This document shows, piece by piece, positions 32,519-42,351 of a stretch of DNA of 64,000 nucleotides (its first letter is position 1; each line of letters opens with the position of its first letter). A program made the translations under genes and the position numbers. The DNA comes from Gammaproteobacteria bacterium. Lineage in GTDB: Bacteria; Pseudomonadota; Gammaproteobacteria; Eutrophobiales; Eutrophobiaceae. The notes under the pieces were generated by a model. That model searched no databases. It saw nothing but the letters and a program-made list of their open reading frames with translations, and was not told the DNA's origin. The stretch covers positions 3,424,001 through 3,488,000 of the forward strand of contig OZ220696.1 in the NCBI GenBank assembly GCA_965116495.1, given 5' to 3'.

Positions 32519-33748
32519 TCAAATGGCAGTGAACGTCGGAATTAACGGACCGCCGAATGTCTGCTTATGGCGTTTACCGTTTTCATCATAGAAAAACAGC
32601 ATGCCGCCGAAGCGGCTGTCCGGATCGTATATCAGCAACGCGAGGCGTTCCGTCTCCCAGGCGGCATCAGTTGCAACGATATTCAGGGTCCTTGTCTCAC
32701 CCGGCTGTATGGGCGTGTCGCTGTCGACTTCCAGTCCGTTCAGGGCGATCAGGTCCTGGGGATACGGACCGACATCCGGGGCAACATCCGCGTTCAACCA
32801 GCGGATAGATGCCGTCGCGAATTCACCCAGCCTTACCGGGCTGGTGGCCCCGTTGGTCACATTGACAGTCATCCTGACGCTGCGGCCGGGAATATCATAA
32901 TGGGCTTCCTGCAATTCGACCTCAACCACATCCTCGTCGACAGGTAACGGGTTCAGCTCCATCAGGCCCGCCTGCAGGGGAACGGTGATCGGGAATTTAT
33001 CGATGGTGCTGAAGTAACCGTAGAATATTAACGCCAGCGTGAGAATTCCCAGTCCCATTCCTACTTTTCTATCCATGGGCGTAATCAGTTCATCTTCCCG
33101 CCCCTGGCGCAACAGGATATTCCTGCCGGCCAACAACGGTCTGCGCAGCCACCATACCAGCCAGAACGCGGCGAGGAGCGCCCATAATATGTGCCAGTTG
33201 CGTACCCTGCTCCAACCCCAGGTCTCAAGATCCACCGTTTCGCCTGTCAAGGTGGTCACGGGGTTCGTGAAGTCGGCAGCGTCGCCTGTTATCTCGACCC
33301 AGTTGCCCGGGCCGGCATTCGGTCCACCATCTTTTATATTGAGCATGGGATGGAGATGGTGCATGCCGGGACGGCGCGCCTTCATCACAATTTTATACTC
33401 GTAGTCCCGGCCGAGTTCGTAACTGGCGGAGCGCACCATCGGTTTGCCGTTTACCCAGACACCTTTTCGGACAAACACCGGACCGGGGACGTATACGTGC
33501 ATGAAAGCAACGTCGGGTTTGGCGATGGCTTCCGGCCAGCCGGTATGCAGGTGAAATTTACCCGACAGGACCACTTCCTCATTGACAGCCACCTTATCCG
33601 TGGACCATTTCGTATCGTACCATTGGACGCTGAGCATGCGCAGGAATGGTTCCTGGGAGCGTTCACCGTGGGCGTTCACCAGTGATGCAGGCGCAATCGA
33701 CAGCAGGATTAATGAAATAATACCCAGGTTTGTAATTTTACGTCTCAT
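32519..33748 (-). CDS. pmoB: Copper membrane monooxygenase subunit B (PmoB/AmoB family)
   Basis: Mature N-terminus HGERSQEPFLRM, HxH CuB ligands, DPDSRFGG. Confidence 0.93.
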   Translation of the reverse strand: MRRKITNLGIISLILLSIAPASLVNAHGERSQEPFLRMLSVQWYDTKWSTDKVAVNEEVVLSGKFHLHTGWPEAIAKPDVAFMHVYVPGPVFVRKGVWVNGKPMVRSASYELGRDYEYKIVMKARRPGMHHLHPMLNIKDGGPNAGPGNWVEITGDAADFTNPVTTLTGETVDLETWGWSRVRNWHILWALLAAFWLVWWLRRPLLAGRNILLRQGREDELITPMDRKVGMGLGILTLALIFYGYFSTIDKFPITVPLQAGLMELNPLPVDEDVVEVELQEAHYDIPGRSVRMTVNVTNGATSPVRLGEFATASIRWLNADVAPDVGPYPQDLIALNGLEVDSDTPIQPGETRTLNIVATDAAWETERLALLIYDPDSRFGGMLFFYDENGKRHKQTFGGPLIPTFTAI

Positions 33749-33818
33749 TTTATCTTCCTCGTATTTTCATCAACTCAGTTTATTTTTACACTTGTTATTC
33801 AGGTCGCGGCAGGGTGAA

Positions 33819-34565
33819 TCAAACCCTGCCTTTAATGAACTTGACCGAAGCGACAAGTTTTGCAAACTGGTTGAAGACAAAATAAACGAGAATGCAGGCA
33901 AAGGCGCAGAAAAAGGCCGACACCGGTGTCACGTCCTGGCCGAACGTTCGCAGTGTTCCTTTCTCTATTATTCGAATATATTCCGGCGTACCCGTCCGGA
34001 TATATTCAAACCCCTGCACATCAGCAATCGACATCAGGACACCGTGATAATCGACGGGCAAGTGGAACGCGCCCAGCATATACCACTGGGATGGATAAAA
34101 CAGGATGCCCCATGACCAGGCTCCCAGTACGGCAGTCAGCACGTAGCTGTTGGTAAACATCAGGACCAGATCGAGAATGATGGCGCTGGGGAGCAATGTA
34201 CCGGGCCAGACAAAATTCAACGGATAGTACACCCAGCCGGCGAAGTTGTTGACCCTGTCAATCCACTGGCCCAGCAACAGGCACACCACCATCAGGGTGG
34301 CGCCAAAGGGGACACGGCAATGCTGCCACAGGATATACTGGCCCACAACGGGAAAGACAAGGGTGGACAGCGGAACGACGAATAACCACCAGCGGCGGTC
34401 CTTCCAGTCAGTCCAGAAAGTCCAGTCACCGACCGATAACATCTGGTGCAGGTGGTGGATGCCGGTCAGCAGGGTTAAGAAAATAAAAACGAGGATATAG
34501 TCAAATGCTCGGTGTACTCGATAAGCTTCTGCATAGGAATCAACGCCAGGCGCCACTGTTCTCAT
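33819..34565 (-). CDS. pmoA: Copper membrane monooxygenase subunit A (PmoA/AmoA family)
   Basis: GDWTFWTDWKDRRWW, YIRTGTPEYIRIIEKGTLRTFG. Confidence 0.93.
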   Translation of the reverse strand: MRTVAPGVDSYAEAYRVHRAFDYILVFIFLTLLTGIHHLHQMLSVGDWTFWTDWKDRRWWLFVVPLSTLVFPVVGQYILWQHCRVPFGATLMVVCLLLGQWIDRVNNFAGWVYYPLNFVWPGTLLPSAIILDLVLMFTNSYVLTAVLGAWSWGILFYPSQWYMLGAFHLPVDYHGVLMSIADVQGFEYIRTGTPEYIRIIEKGTLRTFGQDVTPVSAFFCAFACILVYFVFNQFAKLVASVKFIKGRV

Positions 34566-34617
34566 AGCTACTCCCCCTTCGTCAAAAAATCAGCCATAGT
34601 TTACTTCTTTGTTTACG

Positions 34618-34656
34618 AAAAAAAAACCGCCGGCGTGTAACCTAAGCCGGCGGTTT
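34618..34656 (-). terminator. Intrinsic terminator/attenuator between CuMMO C and A
   Basis: AAACCGCCGGC / GCCGGCGGTTT stem with A9 run (U-tail on minus strand). Confidence 0.7.
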
Positions 34657-34670
34657 CTCACACAGCTACT

Positions 34671-35495
34671 TCAGTCCACCATATCGTGGTGATGCGGCAT
34701 GGGCTCATTCGTTATTTCCTTAGCTTCGAAATTCGTAAGCTGGGTTATACGATACATGAGTTGCAGCATCAAGCCACCCAGGGCAAGACCGGTCCAGGAC
34801 AGAGTCACAAACCCCCAGTGCAACGGGGCGCTGAACAACTCTTCCATAAACCAGAATGTGTGGCCCCATTCATTCAGGCCGACATTCGGCAGAATGAGAA
34901 AGGGTCCGACAACCGCAATGGTATGAGGTAATGAAATACCCTCTGCGAACTGCGGCAGCCTGGTTCTGGCATAGAGCCACGAGCCTACACCCAGGATGAT
35001 ATATACAGGGAAGCTCAAGTAGAACAGAATGATATGGCTGGGCGTGAAATCGGAATCCCGAATCACGGTCTGGTGCCATGCACCGTCCTGCTCCGCGAAG
35101 TAACTGGCAGCCCAATATACAGCATAGGTGTAACAGGCCAGCCACACCAGCAGCTTGAAGTGGCGACGGATCTCTTCCATCGGCTCCAGTTGGTCAAGGT
35201 GGCGATCCCTGGTTTTCCAGAGATAGCCCCAAATGCCAAAAGCAGCTATCGCGCCAACGGCAACTTCCGCATAGAACAGACTCATCCAGTAAGCCTGGAA
35301 ATCCATAGAGAAAGAGTCCAGACCTTTAGTCCATGCGAAGACCTGCTCATAGATTCTGACCGCGACATACATCAAAGTGATGAATGCCACACCAAAAAGC
35401 CAGTGAGCGCCGTTGATGATACCTTTAAAGCTGGTGAGGATCGGCTTTGGCTGATCTGCCTGATATTGAGCAACCGCTTCTGTAGTTGCTGACAT
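34671..35495 (-). CDS. pmoC: Copper membrane monooxygenase subunit C (PmoC/AmoC family)
   Basis: EQDGAWHQ..RDSDFTPSH, PNVGLNEWGHTFWFMEELF..PLHWGF; AGGAGG RBS supports ATG 35495. Confidence 0.94.
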   Translation of the reverse strand: MSATTEAVAQYQADQPKPILTSFKGIINGAHWLFGVAFITLMYVAVRIYEQVFAWTKGLDSFSMDFQAYWMSLFYAEVAVGAIAAFGIWGYLWKTRDRHLDQLEPMEEIRRHFKLLVWLACYTYAVYWAASYFAEQDGAWHQTVIRDSDFTPSHIILFYLSFPVYIILGVGSWLYARTRLPQFAEGISLPHTIAVVGPFLILPNVGLNEWGHTFWFMEELFSAPLHWGFVTLSWTGLALGGLMLQLMYRITQLTNFEAKEITNEPMPHHHDMVD

Positions 35496-35626
35496 AAGAT
35501 ATCCTCCTAACTTAAGGTTAAACAACAATTTGTCGACAAATCATCGTCCTTATCCGAGGCCAGCGGTGCAAAAATACAATCGCCCCCCCGGCGCATAATT
35601 TCCAGAGTTTCAGCCGGTTAAGACTG

Positions 35627-35656
35627 ATTTGGATAACTATGGATAACGACGATTAA
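35627..35656 (+). promoter_or_regulatory. Phased repeat array upstream of the CuMMO operon
   Basis: ATTTGGATAA CTATGGATAA CGACGATTAA. Confidence 0.55.
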
Positions 35657-35787
35657 CAAAGTATAGTGTAACGGGTTTGAGAGAGTCAAGTATTTTTTGC
35701 TATTTTTTTGCCGGTTTTTCCATAACTCCGCAGTTTATTGAACTTATACAGCCGAATCAATGAGTTAATGGGACATAGTGGGGAAAA

Positions 35788-36981
35788 CTACCGATAAACA
35801 ACGCGGTAAACCATGCCGGTATAATCGTCCGAGATGTAAATTTCTCCGCCGATGCCTTGCGCCACGTCGACAGGCCGGCCTATGACGTCCTCATCGATTT
35901 CGAAACCGCTGGCGAATTTGCGTTCCAGTATGCCGCCATCTTCCCGGAAATGCAGGGATACGACTTCGTAGCCCTGGCGTTCGCTCCTGTTCCATGAGCC
36001 GTGCAGCGCCACTAACAGCGCCTGCCGGTAATTTTCCGGTAGTTTGCTGTTACGCAGGAAAGCCATCCCAAGCGGCGCCGTATGTGCGGCAAAGCCGTGG
36101 ACCGGCGCAATACTCCCCCGTATTTCGGCTGTCCTGTTCCCGCCCAAATCAGGATCGGGAACCCTGTCCCCGTTGGCATACGGCCAGCCGTAAAAACCGC
36201 CCCGCTCAAGCAGATTGAGTTCGCACGGTGGATAGTCATCGCCCAGGAGATCACGGCCGTTATCCACGCCGTAAAGTAACCCGGTATCCGGTCGCCAGTC
36301 GAAACCGACCGTATTTCTCAGTCCGGATGCGAAGATTTCACTTCCGGATCCATCCGGGTTGAAGCGTAAAATCGCGGCCCGGCGCGGGTCGTTTTCGATG
36401 CAGACGTTGCAACTTGAACCGACGGACACGTAAATCAGTCCATCCGGACCGATCCTGACGCTGCGGCTCCAGTGATTGCCTCCCCGCGGCAATCCGCTCA
36501 CAATCTGCTCATACTGCCCGGACGTTGAGCGGTTGTCACTGTCAAACCTGATCCTGCCGAGGGCGTCGGTTTCGGCAATAAACAACCAGCCATCGTGAAT
36601 ATCCAGACCGTGGGGGCGGTCGAGGTTCGAGACGAGGTCGATTTGGCCGTCGCTTTTCCCGTCACCGCCGTCATCCCGCTGCAACAGGACAACCCTGCCG
36701 GAGGCCGGTAAACTGACCAGTACATCGCCGTTGTTCGTAACCTCGAGCATGCGCGCGCCGGGCAGTTCTTCTGCAAAGACGTTAATATGGAAACCCTGCG
36801 GCAATACAATCCTGTCGGCCAGCAGTTGATCATCCGGAGAATTTATGCCGGCAGGATTGAACGGCGCGTTTGTAGCAAACCGCTCCGGCAGGAACAGCCA
36901 GAACAGGAGCGCGGCCACACCCAGGAAAAATAAATCTCTTAAAAGCCGTTGCAGTCCCCGCATAAAATCTCTAATGTGCAT
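35788..36981 (-). CDS. PQQ-dependent sugar/sorbosone dehydrogenase family beta-propeller
   Basis: VGSSCNVC, ASGLRNTVG, YGWPY, HGSWNR, GRPVDV. Confidence 0.85.
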   Translation of the reverse strand: MHIRDFMRGLQRLLRDLFFLGVAALLFWLFLPERFATNAPFNPAGINSPDDQLLADRIVLPQGFHINVFAEELPGARMLEVTNNGDVLVSLPASGRVVLLQRDDGGDGKSDGQIDLVSNLDRPHGLDIHDGWLFIAETDALGRIRFDSDNRSTSGQYEQIVSGLPRGGNHWSRSVRIGPDGLIYVSVGSSCNVCIENDPRRAAILRFNPDGSGSEIFASGLRNTVGFDWRPDTGLLYGVDNGRDLLGDDYPPCELNLLERGGFYGWPYANGDRVPDPDLGGNRTAEIRGSIAPVHGFAAHTAPLGMAFLRNSKLPENYRQALLVALHGSWNRSERQGYEVVSLHFREDGGILERKFASGFEIDEDVIGRPVDVAQGIGGEIYISDDYTGMVYRVVYR

Positions 36982-37048
36982 TGATAGGCCGGAGACAGAA
37001 TGTGTCTGTCCCCGCAGGTGTTATACAGCAAAGGCTGCCTAAAATATA

Positions 37049-37078
37049 TTATTCATAATATTACTTTATTATCCTTAA
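37049..37078 (-). promoter_or_regulatory. Pair of motif copies 20 bp apart
   Basis: TTATTCATAA 37049-37058 and TTATCCTTAA 37069-37078. Confidence 0.45.
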
Positions 37079-37104
37079 TGGTACACTTATAATGTTTGAT
37101 ATCT

Positions 37105-37194
37105 GGGGTCAGAGTAAAAATTGACGGAGACAGCGGGGGACGGACTTAAAATCAGTCCCCGGCATGCCGGGGACTGTGTTTTTACTCTGACCCT
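37105..37194. repeat. Inverted-repeat element (GGGGTCAGAGTAAAAA type)
   Basis: GGGTCAGAGTAAAAA ... TTTTTACTCTGACCC; inner hairpin CAGTCCCCGGCATGCCGGGGACTG. Confidence 0.7.
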
Positions 37195-37235
37195 GACTTT
37201 TTATTGATAATTTTGTTGCACACAGGAGACAATTC

Positions 37236-37358
37236 ATGGGCGGTATGATTCATTTTCTTGAACTGCTACGCACACCCGTTGGCGCCGCGGTCGGCTTGGT
37301 TGTGGTTGTGATGTTTGTGTTTTATATCAAGTGGCTGCTGGCCGAACCGGAGGACTAA
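37236..37358 (+). CDS. 40-aa single-pass membrane microprotein
   Basis: AGGAGA RBS; MGGMIHFLELLRTPVGAAVGLVVVVMFVFYIKWLLAEPED. Confidence 0.65.
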   Translation: MGGMIHFLELLRTPVGAAVGLVVVVMFVFYIKWLLAEPED

Positions 37359-37429
37359 TAAAGCAGTTGCGGTTTATTGTCGACGCCATGAAGGATACCT
37401 GCCCGGTTAAGAGCAGGCAGTTCGGAGAT

Positions 37430-37963
37430 TTACCAGGTATCGTCTATACGCTCTTTTATCATGTTGATAAAAGCTGAAACGCCCGCATCTGCCGGGTCCT
37501 TCGGAATGATAAGTGCGGTGTTCGTATCGATATATACGAATGCATAATCGGGAAGTTCATCAACGCGCATGATTTTATCCCATCCTATCGTCGAGCGCCC
37601 GCCCGGTGAAAATTCAACCAGGGCAGATTCCTTGACATGCATTTTGTGAGTGCCGTACATATCTTTTTTTTCCAGCTCCGAATAGTGTTTTCGCACTGAT
37701 TTGCGGTAAACATCCTTCAGGGTCCGAGGTACGATCAGGCTCCATAACAGTGCGGTGGCAACCATCCCGGCCACAAAGAACGGTTCTCCTCCCCGGTGCC
37801 AGGCATAGCCGGCAAGCAGGACAATACCCACCGGCCACAGGATTCGGTGGCGTTCCATTGCTTTTTTCAGTTTTGGCACATATTGCGCGTGGTGTTCATT
37901 AAAGGCAGTAAGCGATCTTTCCGTGATTTCAAACTCTATTTCTGCCAGGATCGGTTCTTTCAT
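37430..37963 (-). CDS. YcxB-like membrane protein
   Basis: 2 TM helices, then W..I..V....Y.FVY......IIPK. Confidence 0.7.
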   Translation of the reverse strand: MKEPILAEIEFEITERSLTAFNEHHAQYVPKLKKAMERHRILWPVGIVLLAGYAWHRGGEPFFVAGMVATALLWSLIVPRTLKDVYRKSVRKHYSELEKKDMYGTHKMHVKESALVEFSPGGRSTIGWDKIMRVDELPDYAFVYIDTNTALIIPKDPADAGVSAFINMIKERIDDTW

Positions 37964-37983
37964 TTTGGTTTAACGGTATTGTT

Positions 37984-39570
37984 TCATAATCCCAGATTTT
38001 TAAGATGCAGGTCTATATCATCCTGGCTGAACCCAATTCTCTCTGCAACCAGTTCGGCGTGGCTGAACTCTGAAATTCCGTCCGTCAGGATAAACGTCGG
38101 ATTGTCGTTCTCCAGGTAGAATTTATAAAAGACCCCGGCGTCCCGTTGTTCCAGCATCAGGGCAAGGTCGTGATTATGGGAGACAAGGACCGTCGCATTT
38201 CCCAACCTGATGAACCCGTTCAGTATCATTAACGCGATTTTGGTTTCTTCCCGGTGTGAAGTGCCTTCCGACAACTCATCCAGGATCACCAGGCTTTTTC
38301 TGGTTGTTTTGAAAAATATTTCCCTGGTGCGTCGTAGTTCGGTGCCGAACCGGCCTTCTTCCTCCAGTATGGAACCTGCATCAGGGGCCTGGTAACAAAT
38401 TCTGTCTGCAATACTGAGCGTTCCGGAGCGCGCAGGGATGACACTCCCTGATTGCGCCATGATTTGTGTCAGCGCCAGTGTTTTACAGAGCGCAGTTTTG
38501 CCGCCGCTGTTCGGTCCGCTGATGAACACGAGCGACTTCTCCCGGTTATCGAAATCATTCGCAATATATTCCTCGTTATCGAAACCCAGCACCGGGTGAG
38601 TTACCTTGCCCAGGCTGATTGTGCACCACTCTGTGTCGCGGATATCAGGGATACAGGTTTTGTTCCTGTTGGCCGCAAAGTAACGGTAGAAACTCAATAA
38701 TTCATCCAGTTGTCCAAGTCCCTGTACTGCATGTTCAACTTCACCTGCTGCTACCAATGCTTTTCTGAACGGGTAAATCACGTGATCCCGGTCAAGTGAG
38801 CCGACCACCGGCAGGTAAAGGAAAATCGTTATAAACATGAAAAACAGCGTCACGCTTGCCGACATGGGGTTTAACTGGAGATAGATGGGGATGCTGTAAA
38901 ACAGCAACGCCAGCGAAAGGATGATACTGAGCTTGAACGGGGAGGACTTGAAACGAAAGGAAAACAGGCCTCTCTGACTCCTGGGCATGATACGCCCCGG
39001 CAGCAAGTACACGGGAGCAGTCAGCAGTTCATAACTGGTCGTCGATTTGAAGTCTTTCAGCCTGGATATTGCTCCTGTCAGATATGAAGACCTGGTCTCG
39101 GGCAATTCGTCGATTTTTTCAATTACGGATGGCAGAAAACGGATCCCGTAACGAAAACTGGCATAGCCGTAGCCCTGAAATTCCACCCGTGTTCCCGGGT
39201 CGGAGAGCAAGCCTATGAACCTGCCGAACAGCAGGCGGTGGAAGTCATTCTGGTACCTGCTTGCGGCTTCAAATACACGTTCAAGTCCTGAGCGCAATTG
39301 CTCATTTTCGATTATCTCACGGGAGGCAGCCTGCTTGTCCTCGATATGGCCCAGATCGGTGCTTGGGTTTCCCAGGCTGTGGCTCAAGGTAATCCGGCCG
39401 GCCAGGGTTTTAGTGTCGTCCATAAGACGATTCAATTTGTCCAGCTCGATCAGGTCATAGGTCTTGCCGTCTATGTACATCGTATCGGGCTCTTCCGAAT
39501 AGAGATAGTCGCGCGCACTGACCTGCTTTTGTGTCAAGGCATATCTTGCTTTGAGCAATATGGATTTCAT
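37984..39570 (-). CDS. MutS-related ATPase (domain V only, with TM segments)
   Basis: SGPNSGGKT, GRFGTEL, ILDEL..GT, VSH; no mismatch-recognition domain. Confidence 0.82.
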   Translation of the reverse strand: MKSILLKARYALTQKQVSARDYLYSEEPDTMYIDGKTYDLIELDKLNRLMDDTKTLAGRITLSHSLGNPSTDLGHIEDKQAASREIIENEQLRSGLERVFEAASRYQNDFHRLLFGRFIGLLSDPGTRVEFQGYGYASFRYGIRFLPSVIEKIDELPETRSSYLTGAISRLKDFKSTTSYELLTAPVYLLPGRIMPRSQRGLFSFRFKSSPFKLSIILSLALLFYSIPIYLQLNPMSASVTLFFMFITIFLYLPVVGSLDRDHVIYPFRKALVAAGEVEHAVQGLGQLDELLSFYRYFAANRNKTCIPDIRDTEWCTISLGKVTHPVLGFDNEEYIANDFDNREKSLVFISGPNSGGKTALCKTLALTQIMAQSGSVIPARSGTLSIADRICYQAPDAGSILEEEGRFGTELRRTREIFFKTTRKSLVILDELSEGTSHREETKIALMILNGFIRLGNATVLVSHNHDLALMLEQRDAGVFYKFYLENDNPTFILTDGISEFSHAELVAERIGFSQDDIDLHLKNLGL

Positions 39571-39608
39571 GAAAGAACGTGACTTTTAATCGTTAGCGGG
39601 ATATGCAG

Positions 39609-40184
39609 TCAGTATTTATCCGGTTTGCCGGTTGTTCTGGTTTTTTTCCACTCCTTGTAGGCTTCCGCTGCCAGGTTATAGTCCAGGTAACCCAGAGTTA
39701 ACCGGTACAGCTCCGCATCTCCTGCGCCAGGTTGTAAGGGCGCCTTCGTACACTCCAAGGAAACGGAGCGTTTCGTATTTCGCTGGAGGACCCATTTATC
39801 ATCGGCATCGTTAATTATTGCTTCACCTTTTGTGTAATATTTCTGCATTAACTCATCCGCCAGGCCATCAACCAGGGTGTCGCAGGCAGAGCGGGTCAGG
39901 TGCGCGCCCGTCATGGCGTTGATCTGGTAGATCCTGTGAGACCCCGGCGTCACGGTATAATAATATTTTTCAAATCGAGTGTCCGGAGAGGGCGGTGTGC
40001 CGGCATCAATACTCTTGAGTTCGGATAAAAAAGTTTCGCCGAGCCCTTCAGGCCGTTCGCCAAATGAGAACCCGAACGCGCCGCTCAGCAAATCGTCACC
40101 CGGCCCGGACTGAGTGCAGGATTGCAGACTCAGGATGGACCACAAAATTAAAAAACACAGGTTGATTTTGTTCGGCTTCAGCAC
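39609..40184 (-). CDS. Hypothetical lipoprotein (start uncertain)
   Basis: Hydrophobic stretch ending LQSC. Confidence 0.55.
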   Translation of the reverse strand: MLKPNKINLCFLILWSILSLQSCTQSGPGDDLLSGAFGFSFGERPEGLGETFLSELKSIDAGTPPSPDTRFEKYYYTVTPGSHRIYQINAMTGAHLTRSACDTLVDGLADELMQKYYTKGEAIINDADDKWVLQRNTKRSVSLECTKAPLQPGAGDAELYRLTLGYLDYNLAAEAYKEWKKTRTTGKPDKY

Positions 40185-40189
40185 TTTTT

Positions 40190-40600
40190 CTATACAAGGA
40201 AATATATCAATACGGAGTAACGTAACGCTTTTCCCGTGATAATGAAAGCCGTTGCCCGCAGCACAGGGAGCCTTAACCAGCCTGCGGCGAAACAGAATGC
40301 GTCGCCGATAACCGGCAGCCAACTGAACAACAGGGTAAAAATTCCCCATTTCTGCAGCAGGCCGGTTGCCCTGGGGTTATGTAGTTTTTCGGCATACCGG
40401 ACTGATAATCCGTGTGCCGGGAAATAGCCGATAATATAAGTGGTCAATGCCCCCAGCGTGTTCCCGATCGTGGCAACAGTCCCCAGCAAATAGTATGAAA
40501 TACCTGAATTTAACACCAGGTATGCCAATACGACCTCAGATCCACCGGGGGCCAGGGTGGATGAGATAAAAGCACTGATGAATAATCCCCAAAGCTCCAT
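40190..40600 (-). CDS. YqaA/DedA-family membrane protein
   Basis: LFISAFISSTLAPGGSE, GNTLG, SWLPVIGD. Confidence 0.88.
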   Translation of the reverse strand: MELWGLFISAFISSTLAPGGSEVVLAYLVLNSGISYYLLGTVATIGNTLGALTTYIIGYFPAHGLSVRYAEKLHNPRATGLLQKWGIFTLLFSWLPVIGDAFCFAAGWLRLPVLRATAFIITGKALRYSVLIYFLV

Positions 40601-40621
40601 GTGTGCTGGCCGGAATTGAAA

Positions 40622-41476
40622 TTATTGGACACCGGTAAAAAATGAAATAATCCGGCTATTTCTTTCCGGCCATACAGTATGCCTTCTTTCACCTTCACAA
40701 TAGACAGTCCTGACGCCGTTTTCGCATTCCAGGAATGAGGCGCAACCCGTTCCCAGTGTCCGGACATTATCAGAGCATTGGTTGCACTGTTTCCACCACT
40801 GCATGGTTTCGACACCGTATCCGGGAAATACCTTGTCATTTTTGCTGTGCATGACTAAAACCGGCAATGGCGCCGGGCAGGCAAAAGCTTTTAAATCCTC
40901 TCCGCGGAAGCCCGCGGCGCTGGGCGCAATAGCGGCCGGACTGAGCGGGGATTCCTCCAGCAACGCCAGCGCAGTGGAAATAGTTCCGCCGTTGGAATGG
41001 CCGGTCAGAAATACCCGGTCCAGGTCGATACACCACTGCGTTGCGACCAGTGCAGGTAGCGTGCCCAGTTCCAGGATCCATTCTTTTGCCAGCGGTCTGT
41101 TCAGGGCGGGTAGCTTGCGCGGACGGTTATCGGCGTAGACAACGATGAAGCCCTGGCGGGTGCCCTCAGTTGTAAGCCCGGTAAACCATTCCGTTCCGAG
41201 TCCGCTCCGGTCGCCGGGGGAAAAGACCATCATCAGCGGGTGCGCGATACGGTTGTCGTAATTCAATGGCGTACGGACAGAGTAACGGATACCGCGTTCA
41301 GTCAGCAGTTCATCTGTTTTACCGGTCGCCCCGGCCCTGGTGTCCGGGGCGCAGGCATGCGTTACTTCCTGCGGGTAGGATGTGTTCGACAACTCACTTT
41401 CCGGAAGCGCACAACCTGAAAGGAGAATGGCTGAGAGAAAAATACCGTTCCGAATTTTGCCAATGATACCGTTCAT
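40622..41476 (-). CDS. PHB-depolymerase/LpqC-like esterase lipoprotein
   Basis: LSGC lipobox, GHSNGG nucleophile, MHSKND. Confidence 0.75.
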   Translation of the reverse strand: MNGIIGKIRNGIFLSAILLSGCALPESELSNTSYPQEVTHACAPDTRAGATGKTDELLTERGIRYSVRTPLNYDNRIAHPLMMVFSPGDRSGLGTEWFTGLTTEGTRQGFIVVYADNRPRKLPALNRPLAKEWILELGTLPALVATQWCIDLDRVFLTGHSNGGTISTALALLEESPLSPAAIAPSAAGFRGEDLKAFACPAPLPVLVMHSKNDKVFPGYGVETMQWWKQCNQCSDNVRTLGTGCASFLECENGVRTVYCEGERRHTVWPERNSRIISFFTGVQ

Positions 41477-41563
41477 CAACAGGTCCCCGCATTGCAAGGA
41501 TGACCAACGATATCGTAAACTATGCTATAAAACATAAGTACTGCGTCACTGCGAGAGATCAGC

Positions 41564-42340
41564 TTGATAACCTTAATCGCCATATTATTTCCGTTAATTT
41601 TATTGGTTATCATCTATCGTTTTTTTTGGTTGATTAGGGAGCCGTTGTTCAAGCTTGCGGAAATCGCCCGGATTGACGCAAGCCGCCTTGAGCACTATCA
41701 AAAGGATATCGGTTTCAAGTACAAAAGTATTTACCTGGTTGTCAGCATCATATCCGGAGTTGTTGTCGGGTTAATCCAGTATGGCCTGTTCAGTCTTTCC
41801 GTCAGTTTCCGGTCCGGATACCTGTTCGAATCCCGCATGTCGGATTCGCTCGGATATTCCCTGATGACCGGCCTGCTATTGGGGTTCCCCCTGGCAGTCA
41901 TTGTCTGCACCGTTTTTATGAGAATGCTGGGCAAGGAACGCTTTGCCGCCTTGCTGAACATGAAAGACGGTGGCATAGCCGTACAAAAGTGGTTCTCGTG
42001 GATTGGCAAAATCAGCATTTCAACCTGTATTTTTGTATTTGTACTGAACCTCATAGCGTACACTACCCATCTTGTCGTAACTGAGGACCAGATCAGCTAT
42101 CGGCGCTGGCGCAGTTTCCCGGCCACAAGTACCGGCATCGACCAGATTCATCACTTGCGCTCATTTTCAATCATTGACATAACCGACTCGGGAAGGATGG
42201 AACGGGAATTCCTGCAAATCGTATTCAAGGACGGGGAGGTACTGAATACCGTTTACCTGGTCAGCGCGGCCAGGACCCGGGAGTTGATTGCGGTTCTGAG
42301 AAGTGTCTACGGCTATGACCTGGAAATAAAGAAAGTGTGA
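41564..42340 (+). CDS. Hypothetical membrane protein
   Basis: 258 aa, about 4 TM segments. Confidence 0.6.
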   Translation: MITLIAILFPLILLVIIYRFFWLIREPLFKLAEIARIDASRLEHYQKDIGFKYKSIYLVVSIISGVVVGLIQYGLFSLSVSFRSGYLFESRMSDSLGYSLMTGLLLGFPLAVIVCTVFMRMLGKERFAALLNMKDGGIAVQKWFSWIGKISISTCIFVFVLNLIAYTTHLVVTEDQISYRRWRSFPATSTGIDQIHHLRSFSIIDITDSGRMEREFLQIVFKDGEVLNTVYLVSAARTRELIAVLRSVYGYDLEIKKV

Positions 42341-42351
42341 TCACGGGCGTC

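Noticed and set aside
32519-35495. Calling the host a methanotroph or ammonia oxidiser
   Set aside because: CuMMO substrate cannot be read from motifs, and no methanol dehydrogenase or hao gene is in the window. The pmo symbols denote family only.
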